A stretch of 64,000 nucleotides of DNA, from positions 1 through 64,000 of the forward strand of contig CAWBBV010000016.1 of assembly GCA_963787125.1 (NCBI GenBank), written 5' to 3'. This DNA is from an uncultured delta proteobacterium (GTDB lineage: Bacteria; Desulfobacterota; Desulfuromonadia; Geobacterales; DSM-12255). Below are positions 29,601-36,582 of this stretch, one piece after another. Numbering within the stretch: the first letter of the stretch is position 1; each line of letters opens with the position of its first letter. The notes beneath the pieces were generated by a model, which was given only the letters and a program-made list of their open reading frames with translations, was not told where the DNA came from and searched no databases. Both the position numbers and the translations under genes were made by a program.

Positions 29601-31039
29601 GGCAGTCCCCACAGGTCGCCGACAACCCGGCCAATAATGGTACCGGTGGTGATCGTTGAAGGGGTGGCACTGAGTCGCGGGGAGATAGCAAGAGTGGTAC
29701 GAGCGTAGACCCTTCCCGTGCCGCTGAAGCTCAGGTAGCCGGTTTTGGTTGCCGTGATGGTGACGTCACCGGGGGTGACATAGCTGAAGGAGAAGGCACC
29801 GTCTGCCCCGGTCAAGGCGTTGCCGCTCCAGGCGCCGCTGACTGCGATGGCGACTTCTGGCAGAGGCTTTCCTGACGGATCCAGAATGGTGCCGCTGATA
29901 GTGCCGGTGGTGTAGGCGGAGGTTATGGCAACTATTCCGAGGCTGACGCTGGTGTCAGCTATTGAGGTGGCGGAAGCAGATGCAGATAAATAGCCGGAAA
30001 GAGTAAAAACAATCTTCTGTGCGCCTGGCGGCACATCCGCAAGGGTGAAGTTGCCGGAGGCATCGGTGACTGTGTTGATCACAGGGTTGTTCTCCAGGAC
30101 AACAGCCACTCCATTGACCCCTTGGCGGGTTATAGTGTCAAGCAGAGTCCCTGTGATTTTACCGGCAGATGGTGGTGCAGGGGGTGGCGCGGGGCGGTTT
30201 TCAAAGAGGTATATTGCTTTTATGGCAAGCGCCGTGGCATAGGGATCGTCGTTCCAGGAGCCATTCAAGGACTGGGCTCCTGTCAAAAAGTTAATTGCAT
30301 TTTGTAGAGGCAAGTCTTGTGTTTGCCCATTACCTACCAGAGCGATGAACGCTAGGGCGGTTTCGTAGGCGGTGCCGAAACCACCGTCCAGGTTCTGGTG
30401 AGCAAGGAGATAGGTCGTGGCTCTGTTTACGGCGGTGGCGATGCTGATCATCTGCGGGAACTGTTGCAGAGTGGCGGAGACGATGGCGGTCAGGTAGATG
30501 TTGCTGTCATCGCCAACTGAGAAGCCCCAGCCGCCGTCGGGGTTCTGGCTGCTGGTGAGGTAGGCGAGAGCGTTGTTGATGATAGTGATGTCGGAGAAGT
30601 TGGTGGCTTTTAGGGCCTGAAGGGCAAGGGAAGTGTCAAGAGAGTTGACAAAATATCCTTCATCCCCTCCCCAGGCTCCTTTGGATGGATCGATAAGGGG
30701 TAAAAGAGCATTGATGCTATTGCCGGTAAGACTCAGGACGCGGATTTGGTCAGCGAGGGTATCAACGGAAAGCGGCGTCTGCCCTTGCAGCCAGGAAGCG
30801 CCGGTGGTATAGGAGGTTCCGGCGGTCTGGTTCAGGAGTTTGAGAGTTTCCAGTGCGCCAACCGTGACAGCGGTGGTCTCAACCGGAGTGGTACTGGTCT
30901 CCCAGGTGCCATCAGGGTTTTGGGATGCGGAGAGGTAGCCAAGGCCGCTTGCTATCTGCGGTAGCTGGGCGTGAGCCGCCATGGTGAATATCAATGAGCA
31001 GAACATCGCCAAAATAATGAACAACTGCCGTCTATGCAT
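17696..31039 (-). CDS. Giant (4447 aa) secreted multidomain adhesin/scaffold-like protein
   Basis: Sec signal (...TMAAHA|Q). Prenyltransferase/squalene-cyclase-like QNxDGxW repeats (~30970-30200). Carboxypeptidase-regulatory-like repeats (~30165-28600). Ig-like domains and a lectin-like insert. RCC1/BLIP-II repeats (~23180-22160). Fn3-associated (ATIYYTTD) and repeated Big units. Gly/Thr-rich beta-helix-like C-terminal domain. Confidence 0.85.
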   Translation of the reverse strand: MHRRQLFIILAMFCSLIFTMAAHAQLPQIASGLGYLSASQNPDGTWETSTTPVETTAVTVGALETLKLLNQTAGTSYTTGASWLQGQTPLSVDTLADQIRVLSLTGNSINALLPLIDPSKGAWGGDEGYFVNSLDTSLALQALKATNFSDITIINNALAYLTSSQNPDGGWGFSVGDDSNIYLTAIVSATLQQFPQMISIATAVNRATTYLLAHQNLDGGFGTAYETALAFIALVGNGQTQDLPLQNAINFLTGAQSLNGSWNDDPYATALAIKAIYLFENRPAPPPAPPSAGKITGTLLDTITRQGVNGVAVVLENNPVINTVTDASGNFTLADVPPGAQKIVFTLSGYLSASASATSIADTSVSLGIVAITSAYTTGTISGTILDPSGKPLPEVAIAVSGAWSGNALTGADGAFSFSYVTPGDVTITATKTGYLSFSGTGRVYARTTLAISPRLSATPSTITTGTIIGRVVGDLWGLPIDHLLGEQGVRVTISGGAFVDPNPDDGGKFTFEGLAPNTYQVTVGMSGFISQTFRLVITPGVTTDLGTIRLVMSANTITLTGMVTDSLTRLPITAAEIMVVGSNLTARTDFAGTYVVADIKEMGFTVKIAASGYVGRTIILKQPGGKAAMWTQQLDVALTPLETKGSLSGIVVDAVSGQPLAGVALTTIADPAVSVTTDSSGIFTFAALPKGVQQVTISLSGYSLRTLTTAILPGMVNNAGSIPLSSNPLPATIRGTVTDGMTNLPFADAVILARGGGDNQTASTSEGVYSLDNVTPGLVTVTAATARAGYFPASFTASLEPGGILIFSPTLFNNLSPTVSVAVQTDKTVYSKGETINISAALQNPQSIELAATLRLEVIDPNGMTVYDTSSPANLAADGSLTLNQSFPLPLSALGGNYTVTANMYDATGIWIGSATQSFGVAVSRITVNPLLPAAFSSGPNSISFNLANSGTLPIASGNLTVTLKDPDGQSVATAEQPFSLNVGESKTLSTTITVPPLKFGTYTLDYSQSDETRNGMATSIALPNTLAIDATFDSNSHRVRSTAGLTLRLNNTGRFNLDAGTSVTVTVPDANMSMTETLSSAPAVGSANGSTFLYRVQIREYFTSGEHNVIATVTLPSNSSATKGTKLVIFEAVLTLMPLPGKYNAGDTINHVISNSGGVDSPLELSLRLYDAKGMPVAAKNDSVTVMAGGSLSPALVIPAGAVDGSYNLVINFKDLTTGKEETVTHPLTISGVKGSLTVQTGKQNYLTTEGINSLSSITNSGIALQDGNLHLQVTSATGSNKQQTWTSQADFQQGTRNGVDTIETVDAVTLLAFSDNFNDGVLDIDRWSLGSAPNGPLPMEENGYFLLDLPWSTGGWNGTSATTRAPLTGDFDAMVDYNIVSPWQPASNNHPAGMMVSVGGWSARIDVWGSSPTYGVIDSYGQYRNTGPVLLNGKFRIKRVGSSLDLYFWNGSNWDNMMSYGGEPISGPAYLSLLNFGPTGNSNVQYDNFLVTTQTYPDSGTLNLKYDSAANSETWDKLTFNGDMPNGTAMKFRTRTAETEADLAEATWSSYLTASGSQITSPKGRWIEVEGTLSTTDRAVTPVLRDITVSREHKPGDIFWQTDIPVNLAQGVLADPNNLIGAIGQIGKYYLQGTLTANTGQAFATAEYPFYVVQGDTLFSINPDRKMYKPGETVTISGEVTNLATIEAANLSLTVKARVFAVSENLLQDTFSIPAGSSHPFKVTTIAGTDGLVNLTATIIQSAATLASVADYYEVVSPKVTATLNGPESAGSDPFTLTLTLVNSSRIAAVVSVANSVNSIVETVIIPAGQTKTLQYQQQITANKINTFNISGDLALQLTKSVVYTAPKQVAKVNVKAVTDKFVYDANKPVAVAATVTCLDVGLNVESLTAKVLISNSSGEVFFADRFILPTLDAGRSYTFSRYWNSGSHPEGAYYVRLEVEAGGVVLATSEEYFYIRSSAYTRTELAGTIAPTINSVYQSVDEVFAVTLVNNGNEHMERFIVVQAINPDTYEVMAQSTRLVTFSQQGTFSGNINLPTTSLNERNYLAALRISVPADGWYYDPLRDTAPPLALTRFNVMATPPPSLLLSTLANGAVTNNQTLNIAGNATSMFDLDKSIIINGIQVPVNFDSSFSHALLLQEGSNDVTVTVLDALGHKVTETRTIIFDQAAPVLTITAPADNSNSATPLISITGTVTEGTTVQVKLGENVQIAEMSGSVFTVALSLLPGWNTIEITATDLTGKQNNAKRTLFFDAQKPSLAITDPGQDILTGKNIIKGTVDPQSVAGINIYVNGWLYTPQVVDGAFEQILYFPVGGENGYEKRDYAVYVSATNAVGEEITSVQRNVIYDITAPAVAIDTVISPTNQNRQTITGTRDSGAMITVNCATAFVGKVIYRSATTWSVVVSGFNANGNDITVTAVNAAGNSGNATASIVYDIISPTGSITINSGAEITGVTTVQLTLNASDDTGVTRMKFSTDRSNWTFPEEYSSARLWTFASGDGMKQLFVKYGDAAGNWSIEQSASISLTEILKVIITAPQSGFTSNAVPLLTFTANVGTVVVKVDGVVVAKSSGDYLDHLTDGMHTVRIEATDVAGNMGYAERSFVVDLTSPILVSPVISVSSYAHTVAVLKDGSLWSWGWNASGQVGDGTTEDKLSPVRIGTDVDWSEVIAGFVHTLALKKDGSLWAWGSNYSGRLGDGTTEDKLVPVKIGQDNDWRALAAGGNNSFALKKDGTLWGWGSNDYGTLGDETTEPKLVPSRIGTDSDWLAIAAGGDAYIVALKSDGSLWTWGNNYSGQLGDGTRESKFLPTKIGTDTDWQSITAGNDFTMAIKSNGTLWGWGTNESGQLGDVDPEGTLVPIQIGLDTNWNAVSAGWGRVIALKKDRTLWCWGGDYCGQQIDSMDQSGTAPVKSKVTNVSSLADIKGSSSLVIKDDGSLWGWGDSWSGLFADGITQFSEIPTVVPIVNGNGLFINNGATVTTSSAVLLSFAAVDISGVTEMQFSNDNDGWSAPEPYTNSKNWILSGEMGIKTVYARFKDAVGNWSQAYSNTIIADISIVTTPPGLLVNPGVTPTNLNFQTISGTTDAGAIVTIAVDPGTVAGPVSFTTPTTWSCSVTGLREGVNTITISAENGAATKTVVPVQIVYDITPPVGAITINSGATVVNSTQVQLKLSATDASGVAFMQFSNDGVTYSVPEAYSATKSWVLTSSDGSKQVFAQFMDAAGNRSEAIRADIKLDATPPLVSAASAGGIFNAAQNVILSSNESATIYYTTDNSIPTISSPVYSQAISVPASTALKFFAMDLAGNNSAVRSEIYIIDTVSPTLTVSTLVDGSYTNNDILNISGSVTDGTGVKDLLINDVAVPFNVDGTFNLPLILKTGVNSIIVKAIDLADNVTISSRSITLDKTAPALLITSPADNSKTALSQVEMSGTVSETSTVQVKQGGSVQAAVINGTTFTAGVTLVPGINTIEIIATDLAGNNSSQKRTVLYDDQIPSLSIVEPGQDMRTNKSSITIRGDVTDLYTAVTVGVSVDGQTFYPVVTNKHFEQVVSLVVEKNYAIVVTATNEAGTSTTSQRNIIYDITPPSMTLDPILTPTAMSTQTLSGTREEGAVCAVFCTTATVGNMEYPSATTWRTVVNGFAAADNSIVVTGTDATGNQNTITAHLTYDNIPPTGSVVINGNTAYTSSPDVQLALSATDANCVALMRFSSDGVAWSAPEPYAVTKSWTFTSGDGSKQVSVRFSDMAGNWSQAIHAEIILDTTVPLVSATTVGGVYNSAKNVTLLASETAAIYFTLDGSTPTTGSPIYSQAISIPTSMILKYFAKDLAGNSSAVSAENYSIDSVPPVLTVSTLADGAFTNNKILNIAGTVTDAVGLKELKINDSVVPVNPDNSFSQAIVLAGNANMLSIVATDLAGNLTSDTRTVILDQTAPALTITAPADNSKTSTALVDVTGTVDETSTVQVKLGSNSQAATMNGTNFIAGVMLAPGSNTIEVTATDLAGNSSSQKRSLVYDDQKPSLAITLPAQDIRTNQTTLLLQGTVADPYTAVTVGITMDGQTYTPPVVEGRFEQLLTFAAEKSYAIVVTATNEAKSSATAQRNVIYDITKPTLSIIPVTTPTSQASQTITGTRENGLAVSVACPTATVGPISYLTDTSWSVNLTGLQPGDNNISATANDPAGNTSTVTTKITLATAGANLFSYAVFANKNVILTGSSYLDSYSGSPAAYVKGQYRHGNVGINSTQLCGIKLTGGTMVYGSASIGVSGSPATTVCTTIGTAVTGDGIVLATAKELTPVTPPTGSTSLGALNLSGVATKTLTTGTYRYSSLSLGGSSKLTINGQVTLIIDGNITLTGAAKLEVASGSVVIYAGGAKLDIGGGAMVNLTQNPASLIIYGSAALTTVNLSGGTSLIGMIHAPAATIKITGSQQTFGAIIGNIVDLSGATSVHFPENLLN

Positions 31040-31074
31040 AAAATCCTCCTAATTATAAAAAGGGCACTATCAAT

Positions 31075-31515
31075 TCATTTACTTGTGGCTATTTCATTTA
31101 CCCTACGTATTAAATCAGCTGCTTGTGAAATAAACTTTAATTCTATTCTATTGCTATCAAACTCAATAATAATACATCCACGTTTTGCATCTGTTATAGA
31201 TATATTTGATAAATTAGATAACGGTATTATATTAATAATCCTATCCATTTTCATAAATGAGTCATATTTCGGCATATCAAGCTCAATTCTATCATTATAT
31301 AATGTTATTGCTTGACTGGAACTTTTACATAATAAAAGTAGAAGTATTAGTAAAATAATAGATATAGCTATAAATAACCATGCCATTAAATATATTTTAC
31401 TTACATATAAAACTATTGAAATAGATGTAATTACACACCACGTGAAAGCTAGATATATCACAATATTAATCTTAGAAAATGACTTATTGTAAAATAATAT
31501 ATTGCAATTATTCAT
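31075..31515 (-). CDS. Small AT-rich membrane protein; putative immunity partner of copy C
   Basis: Two N-terminal hydrophobic helices plus a soluble C-terminal domain. Its ATG overlaps the reconstructed pre-IS stop of copy C (ATGA). Confidence 0.7.
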   Translation of the reverse strand: MNNCNILFYNKSFSKINIVIYLAFTWCVITSISIVLYVSKIYLMAWLFIAISIILLILLLLLCKSSSQAITLYNDRIELDMPKYDSFMKMDRIINIIPLSNLSNISITDAKRGCIIIEFDSNRIELKFISQAADLIRRVNEIATSK

Positions 31516-31535
31516 ACTGTCTCCTCTCGTTTAAT

Positions 31536-33208
31536 CCCGAATCCGCAAACCTTTGCCGGACACATTCATACAGGGTGATTTCGGAGGTATTTTTTTGAGT
31601 GAGACCCCATTGAGGGGAGTCGAAATCACAGTTTTCAGCAAATTTCAAAAAGTGACGAGCTATTTTCCTCTTCAGGCGGTGTTTTTGCCGAATTAGGGAC
31701 GAACTGCCACCTTGATCTTGTTTTTTGCTCTTTGACAATCTTGTTTTCAGTGTTTCCTTTAGCCGGTTACCGGCTGGAGCCTGCTGATTCTCGCCTGTAT
31801 TCTGTCAGGGCGAAGCTTCTCCAGCCACCAGCCGTTGACTTTTAGCAGGTTCTTGCGAGCATGATTGACCACGATTGCCGCACTACGCAGCAGATAATCC
31901 TGAATGGTCTTGATCCGCCGCCGCACTGGTGTTGCCTGACTGTCCGTCTCTATATCACCAGTTTCATCCCGCCACTGCTGGCCCAGCAAAATTAGCAGAT
32001 TGTAGGCCATGGTTCCCAATGTAAGGAATACTTCGTTGACACTGAAGGTCTGGGAGGGAAACCGTTCCAGGTCCAGATCGTGCTTAAGCTCTTTGTTTGC
32101 CTCCTCTGCCGCTCCACGTCCCCGATAGAGTTCGAATGCTCGCTGCGGGGTAACATCTTTGGGCAGGTTGGTGGCCAGTACGTGATAGCGGACATCATTG
32201 ATCAGCAGTGGCTCCCCTTTTTCGTCTACAGACTTGATCTGAACGCAGAAGACGAAGCGGCGTGGAATCTTCCAGCCGCTTGGGGTGTACTCGAATTCTC
32301 CGTAGAACTCACCACCGAAGTCCGTGACTTTGAGGCTCATAACGTCTACATCGAGATTCTCGTTTACCACCCGGTCCAAAGCGCCACTGGTTCGGGCCTT
32401 GACCAGATAGTACGCCCCGGCATCTTCGCTGGCCTGGACAGTTTTGATGCTATAGAGCCCGGCATCGTAGCGAAAGAGGAGCTTGTTTCGATCTATCTTC
32501 TCAGGGAGCAGCTCTGCCGTTTCCCTGATAAAATCGTCAATCCGTTCGACAGCTTTCTCTCGTCCTGGCAACAGCCAGTGATTGATGCAGAACCGTTCGC
32601 GACCTACAACAGCAAATACGGGGGTATAGCAGAGTTTGCCGTTGTATGTGGTTTGAGCACCTTCTCGTTTGGGCGCAAACTGCTCAAAAATACTTGGATC
32701 AATATCGCAAGGGATGTAACCTTCAGCTCCCGGTTCAGCAGTGATGGTTGCCTGGGAAACAATCTTTGCTCCGACCCGCTTGAGACCAGTGATCTGCTCT
32801 TTGCCATATTTTTCAAGATGCGTGGCAACAGCCCGTTCTTTTGGGAGTTTGTTAAAGCCAAGCGACTTCTTGAGCAGTTTTTCTTCCCGAGCGAGCCAGG
32901 CAAGATCAGTGTAACTAGTCCGGCGTAGGGAAATGTTTAGTAACAGCGGGATCAGATGTTCCTCTTCCCGGAAGCCGTAGTCGATCTTCTTGACCCGCAC
33001 CTCGCTTCTGATTGCTCGAATCAAATCGAGACGGCGTATGAGGGTGGTGAGCAACTCCAATCCTGCTACGGAAGTTAGTGTCTGTCGGGCTGCTACATAC
33101 TGGAAACCAAGATTGTCTTTCACCATTCGGGTGAACTCCTTCACTGCAATTATGTGAAGGATTATAGCATGTTACGTTACATTAGCCCAATAGTTTTGCG
33201 GATTGGGG
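31536..33208 (-). mobile_element. IS1380-family insertion sequence
   Basis: IRs CCCGAATCCGCAAA / (rc) CCCCAATCCGCAAA. 5-bp TSD TTAAT (31531-31535 and 33209-33213). Confidence 0.88.
31759..33144 (-). CDS. IS1380-family DDE transposase
   Basis: LTSVAGL N-terminus, CDIDPS, RYDAG and YRGRGAAEEANKELK (YxxRxxxExxxK). 461 aa. Confidence 0.85.
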   Translation of the reverse strand: MKEFTRMVKDNLGFQYVAARQTLTSVAGLELLTTLIRRLDLIRAIRSEVRVKKIDYGFREEEHLIPLLLNISLRRTSYTDLAWLAREEKLLKKSLGFNKLPKERAVATHLEKYGKEQITGLKRVGAKIVSQATITAEPGAEGYIPCDIDPSIFEQFAPKREGAQTTYNGKLCYTPVFAVVGRERFCINHWLLPGREKAVERIDDFIRETAELLPEKIDRNKLLFRYDAGLYSIKTVQASEDAGAYYLVKARTSGALDRVVNENLDVDVMSLKVTDFGGEFYGEFEYTPSGWKIPRRFVFCVQIKSVDEKGEPLLINDVRYHVLATNLPKDVTPQRAFELYRGRGAAEEANKELKHDLDLERFPSQTFSVNEVFLTLGTMAYNLLILLGQQWRDETGDIETDSQATPVRRRIKTIQDYLLRSAAIVVNHARKNLLKVNGWWLEKLRPDRIQARISRLQPVTG

Positions 33209-36200
33209 TTAATAAATTCAATCAATGCTATATTTATTAACATTTGACCAACTGTTAATAGTGCAACCAATAATATTCCAAGGCCAATGATGGCTAAGCC
33301 AAATGGTGTTGCAGCAATTAATGTAGTTAATGCAGTCCCCATATAACCTGATAAAATATAGCCTAATACACTTGTTCCACCAGTCCCTAGTAGAGATGAA
33401 AATAAAGTTTTCCCAAGGTTAAAATCAGTGTTATTTATGAGTGAGTCTAATGTTGAAATTAGAAATGAAGACAACACTGTAACTACCAAAGCCGCTACGC
33501 CTAAACCTGACAATGCTAGCAGTACTGATATCAATGTAAATGCTCCCCATAAAAGGTCTTTCCCTAAATTAACCGCACACCCACTAGCCCCCCCGCTAAT
33601 CATATACCCGCCAGCCCCAGTCTCCGGATTGGTAATGATATAACCACACCCATTCCACCCATTGAAGTTGATGTTGGTCTTGGAAACAGTAACAACTTTT
33701 CCGGCATTGACGGCATTGGCGATGTCGTCCTTTGTTTGCTGGTCTACCTGCAACTGCGGCATTACTGTAGCAATATTTGACTGGTTGATTGTATAGATCG
33801 GTATCCCCTGGTCATTGGCAATCTTGAGCGCCTTGACCGTGCTGATTCCTTGCACTGAGTTACTTGGCGTGGAGAAGAGCTTCTCCGGCACATTGTGCTC
33901 CAGCGCCGAGGAAGTCATGCCGCTGGAGAGCATATACTGCTTGGCGGTCTCGCTGTTGCCGTCTTTTGCCTTTACTACCTGCATCAGATAATCAGCATCC
34001 ATATTGAGTCCGCCGGAACTGATATAGCGCGGTATTCCCCAAAGACACATTACTTTGAGCTTGGTGGCGAAGATGGTTTCTGACGGTACGGTGATGGCGT
34101 TGACGTTCATGGTTTTTGCGGCAATGTAGTTCATGGTGCCGAGTTCGGCATGATAGGCCATGGCGGTGGTGTAGAGGAGATCACCGATCAGATCATCTTT
34201 GGTCATGCCGGCGAAGTCGTTGTTCTGCAGTTTTGCTTTGGTAGCTTCCAGTTTTGCTTTGAGCCCGGTTAACTGCTCGGCGCTGATTCGCCCCAGGTTG
34301 AGCCCGATTGCCTGGTACACCCCGGCGTCAATGTAGTTGGTTATCTGGCTTGAGCCGTAAGCCGGGTCGCTGAAGGTCATGGTGGAGATGTTGGTGCCGC
34401 CAAGGCCTACCGGCGCTCCGGTGGCCACTACCTGACCGTCAATCCTGAGTTCCGGTTTGACGTTGATCAGATACGCCGGTAGTTGGCTGGGCAGTTCGCT
34501 TGGCTGTATGGGGGTGCCGTCTGCATGCGGGCTTGGCAGGTAGGAATTGATGACTGCTTCATCCTGGGCGGTTGCCGGACTGTAGCTGAGGGTAATCTTT
34601 TTGCCTGCCAGTTCTGCGAGGCTTTTGGTTATGCTCAGTGAGTTGTCCACCGGTGCCGGTGCTTCGGGATCAATGAAGGTGTTGGATGCTTCGTTCTCTA
34701 CCCTGAAGGAGAGCTTGTGCCGCAAGCTGTCTGGGATGCTTGCAAACGTGCTCCCCTTGACGGCGGTGCGGTACGGCAGGGTACCGAGGAGATGGCGGTA
34801 TTCTTTTTTGATGATCTCTTTTTTGCCGAGGACGTCGCCGACAGTGGCGTTGGCGTGGTTCTGCTGGATGTAGCTCTGTACCCGTGCCTGGTAGTCTTGC
34901 ATGGTCTGCTGGGTGAGGATGGAGTTGATGCCGGTGACGTAGCCTTGAGTTTCGTTGATAGTGGCGGTGGCCTTGATCTGGTCGAGGAACGCTTGAGCGT
35001 CGAAGGGGACTGCTGTCTTGATGTCGATGCCCTGGGTGAAGTTGTACTGCTTGTAGCTCGGATCAAGAGGTATCCAGGTGTCACCCTTGCCGCTTATATG
35101 CTTTGCGCCACGGGAGGGGATGTAGTTGATGAAAGCTTCGACCGAGACATGTTCAAAACGGGCAGCAACGATCTTGCCGCCGCTAACCAGTCCCTTGGTG
35201 GGAATGCCGCCGCTGGACATGAAATCGAGGGCGGACAGTGGGTCGGTGAAGCCTCCGGCCCAGTTCATGACTTTATCAATGGGGAGTTCTACTGTGCCGG
35301 TGACATAGCGGGCATTGATCCCGGCAGCTCGCAGCAGAGCGATGAGGAGGGAACTTGTATCAAAGGAGTTGCCCTGCCTGGTGAGCAGGGTCATCTGCGC
35401 CCCCTGGATGGAGCCCCAGGTGGGGACGAACTCGACGTTGTTCCGTACCCACTCGTAAATCTTTACCGGATTATTCCCCAGCTCCAGAGCCTTGGCCTTT
35501 ATTTCGGGGGTGAGCTGGACTTCTATGTTTTCTGCCAGATCATCGGCAGGCAGCAGGCCGGCAACTGAGCCGTTGGCGGCAACCATGATCCGCTTGGCGC
35601 TCTTCCAGGCATGTTTGTCTTTTTTGAAATCCTTGTCGAAGTCTTCTTTCTTCAGCCGCGGTTCGCGTTTTTGAGCTTTGGGCTGGCGGTGAGGGAGGTT
35701 GTTCGGGTCGAGCTTCTGGTGGCGGGAGGGGGCTTTGGCCCGCTCAAGATGCTGGCGGGTCTTGTCAATGGCAGCTTGCAGCTCGGCATCGTTCTTTGCC
35801 GTTGCCGCCCGCTCAAGGTTCCCTTTCAGTTCAGTCAGGTTGTCATCGTAATGTTTGACGAACTTCTGATGCCGCGCCAAGATCTCGGGCGACATGCCAG
35901 AAGCCTTCAGTTTCTTCTCAGTGGCGGCGAGTTCGCTGCGGATGGCGGTGTCATGGGCGTCCAGCTCCGCTCTGGCAGCGCTCAGCCGCTGTTTTTTGTG
36001 ATCATGGCCGGTTTTGGGATCTTGGAGATCGGCAGTCAGCTCCTCAGTAAGCTTGGCGAAGCGCTCTTCCGCCCCCTCGCTCTTCCTGGTCGGAGTTTCC
36101 TGGTTCCCCTTTTTAACGGCATCCACCGCCCCGTGGGCAAGGCTAAAGACACCACCTGATGTCCAGGTGAAGAATGACAGTACAACTGCGGCAATGACTC

Positions 36201-36219
36201 TTGAGTACTTGCGAAACAT
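33172..36219 (-). CDS. Secreted transglutaminase-fold protein with variable hydrophobic C-terminus, copy C; last 12 residues altered or encoded by IS1380
   Basis: Signal peptide, IYEWVRNN, GNSFDTSSLLIALLRAAGINARYVTG, EHVSVE, WIPLDPS, then GAGGYMISGG and a unique AT-rich hydrophobic tail. Confidence 0.85.
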   Translation of the reverse strand: MFRKYSRVIAAVVLSFFTWTSGGVFSLAHGAVDAVKKGNQETPTRKSEGAEERFAKLTEELTADLQDPKTGHDHKKQRLSAARAELDAHDTAIRSELAATEKKLKASGMSPEILARHQKFVKHYDDNLTELKGNLERAATAKNDAELQAAIDKTRQHLERAKAPSRHQKLDPNNLPHRQPKAQKREPRLKKEDFDKDFKKDKHAWKSAKRIMVAANGSVAGLLPADDLAENIEVQLTPEIKAKALELGNNPVKIYEWVRNNVEFVPTWGSIQGAQMTLLTRQGNSFDTSSLLIALLRAAGINARYVTGTVELPIDKVMNWAGGFTDPLSALDFMSSGGIPTKGLVSGGKIVAARFEHVSVEAFINYIPSRGAKHISGKGDTWIPLDPSYKQYNFTQGIDIKTAVPFDAQAFLDQIKATATINETQGYVTGINSILTQQTMQDYQARVQSYIQQNHANATVGDVLGKKEIIKKEYRHLLGTLPYRTAVKGSTFASIPDSLRHKLSFRVENEASNTFIDPEAPAPVDNSLSITKSLAELAGKKITLSYSPATAQDEAVINSYLPSPHADGTPIQPSELPSQLPAYLINVKPELRIDGQVVATGAPVGLGGTNISTMTFSDPAYGSSQITNYIDAGVYQAIGLNLGRISAEQLTGLKAKLEATKAKLQNNDFAGMTKDDLIGDLLYTTAMAYHAELGTMNYIAAKTMNVNAITVPSETIFATKLKVMCLWGIPRYISSGGLNMDADYLMQVVKAKDGNSETAKQYMLSSGMTSSALEHNVPEKLFSTPSNSVQGISTVKALKIANDQGIPIYTINQSNIATVMPQLQVDQQTKDDIANAVNAGKVVTVSKTNINFNGWNGCGYIITNPETGAGGYMISGGASGCAVNLGKDLLWGAFTLISVLLALSGLGVAALVVTVLSSFLISTLDSLINNTDFNLGKTLFSSLLGTGGTSVLGYILSGYMGTALTTLIAATPFGLAIIGLGILLVALLTVGQMLINIALIEFINPNPQNYWANVT

Positions 36220-36477
36220 TTATGTCTCCAAAATTACCGTAATTGATTTCCAGAAGTCGGGGCTCAGATCCGTCGGGCAATCGCCAGGAGCCTTAATCTT
36301 GAGAGAAGCGAGAATCTGCCCTTCTTCGGGATCGGTGAAGTCAATATCGTCACCCATCTCGACAAAACAATCCGTATCTTCCGGCAACCTGATCATTTGC
36401 AGCAGAGCATAACGGACCTGATAGAGATAGCCGAGGGCCTGTTTGCCTGCGGAGAAATTGTCGGTTGTGTCAGCCAT
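36220..36477 (-). pseudogene. Truncated N-terminus of a Cap4/DUF4297-like nuclease effector (ABC three-component/Lamassu type)
   Basis: FSAGKQALGYLYQVRYAL...VEMGDDI...SLKIK...TDLSPDFWKSI. Only 85 aa, with its stop abutting the ATG of copy C. Confidence 0.6.
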
Positions 36478-36582
36478 GAGATATCACCTTTAAATTCAAA
36501 GAAATGATAGTCCATGGTTATTGACCCTCCTAAAGAACATATGGCCGTTTCTCCTTTCTCACCAATGTAGACCAGAATAAAT

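Noticed and set aside
30200..30970. Active squalene-hopene cyclase
   Set aside because: Only QW-like repeats are present, with no DXDD motif, and the domain follows a signal peptide in a surface protein.
31508..31738. 76-aa ORF as an extra immunity gene
   Set aside because: It lies almost entirely within the IS1380 non-coding end; its last codons are the displaced toxin/immunity junction DNA.
34717..35568. Repeated + strand ORFs (also 38577-39101 and 43579-44430), plus 28508-29659
   Set aside because: Antisense shadows; the first three recur only because the underlying - strand genes are paralogs, and the last lies opposite the giant gene.
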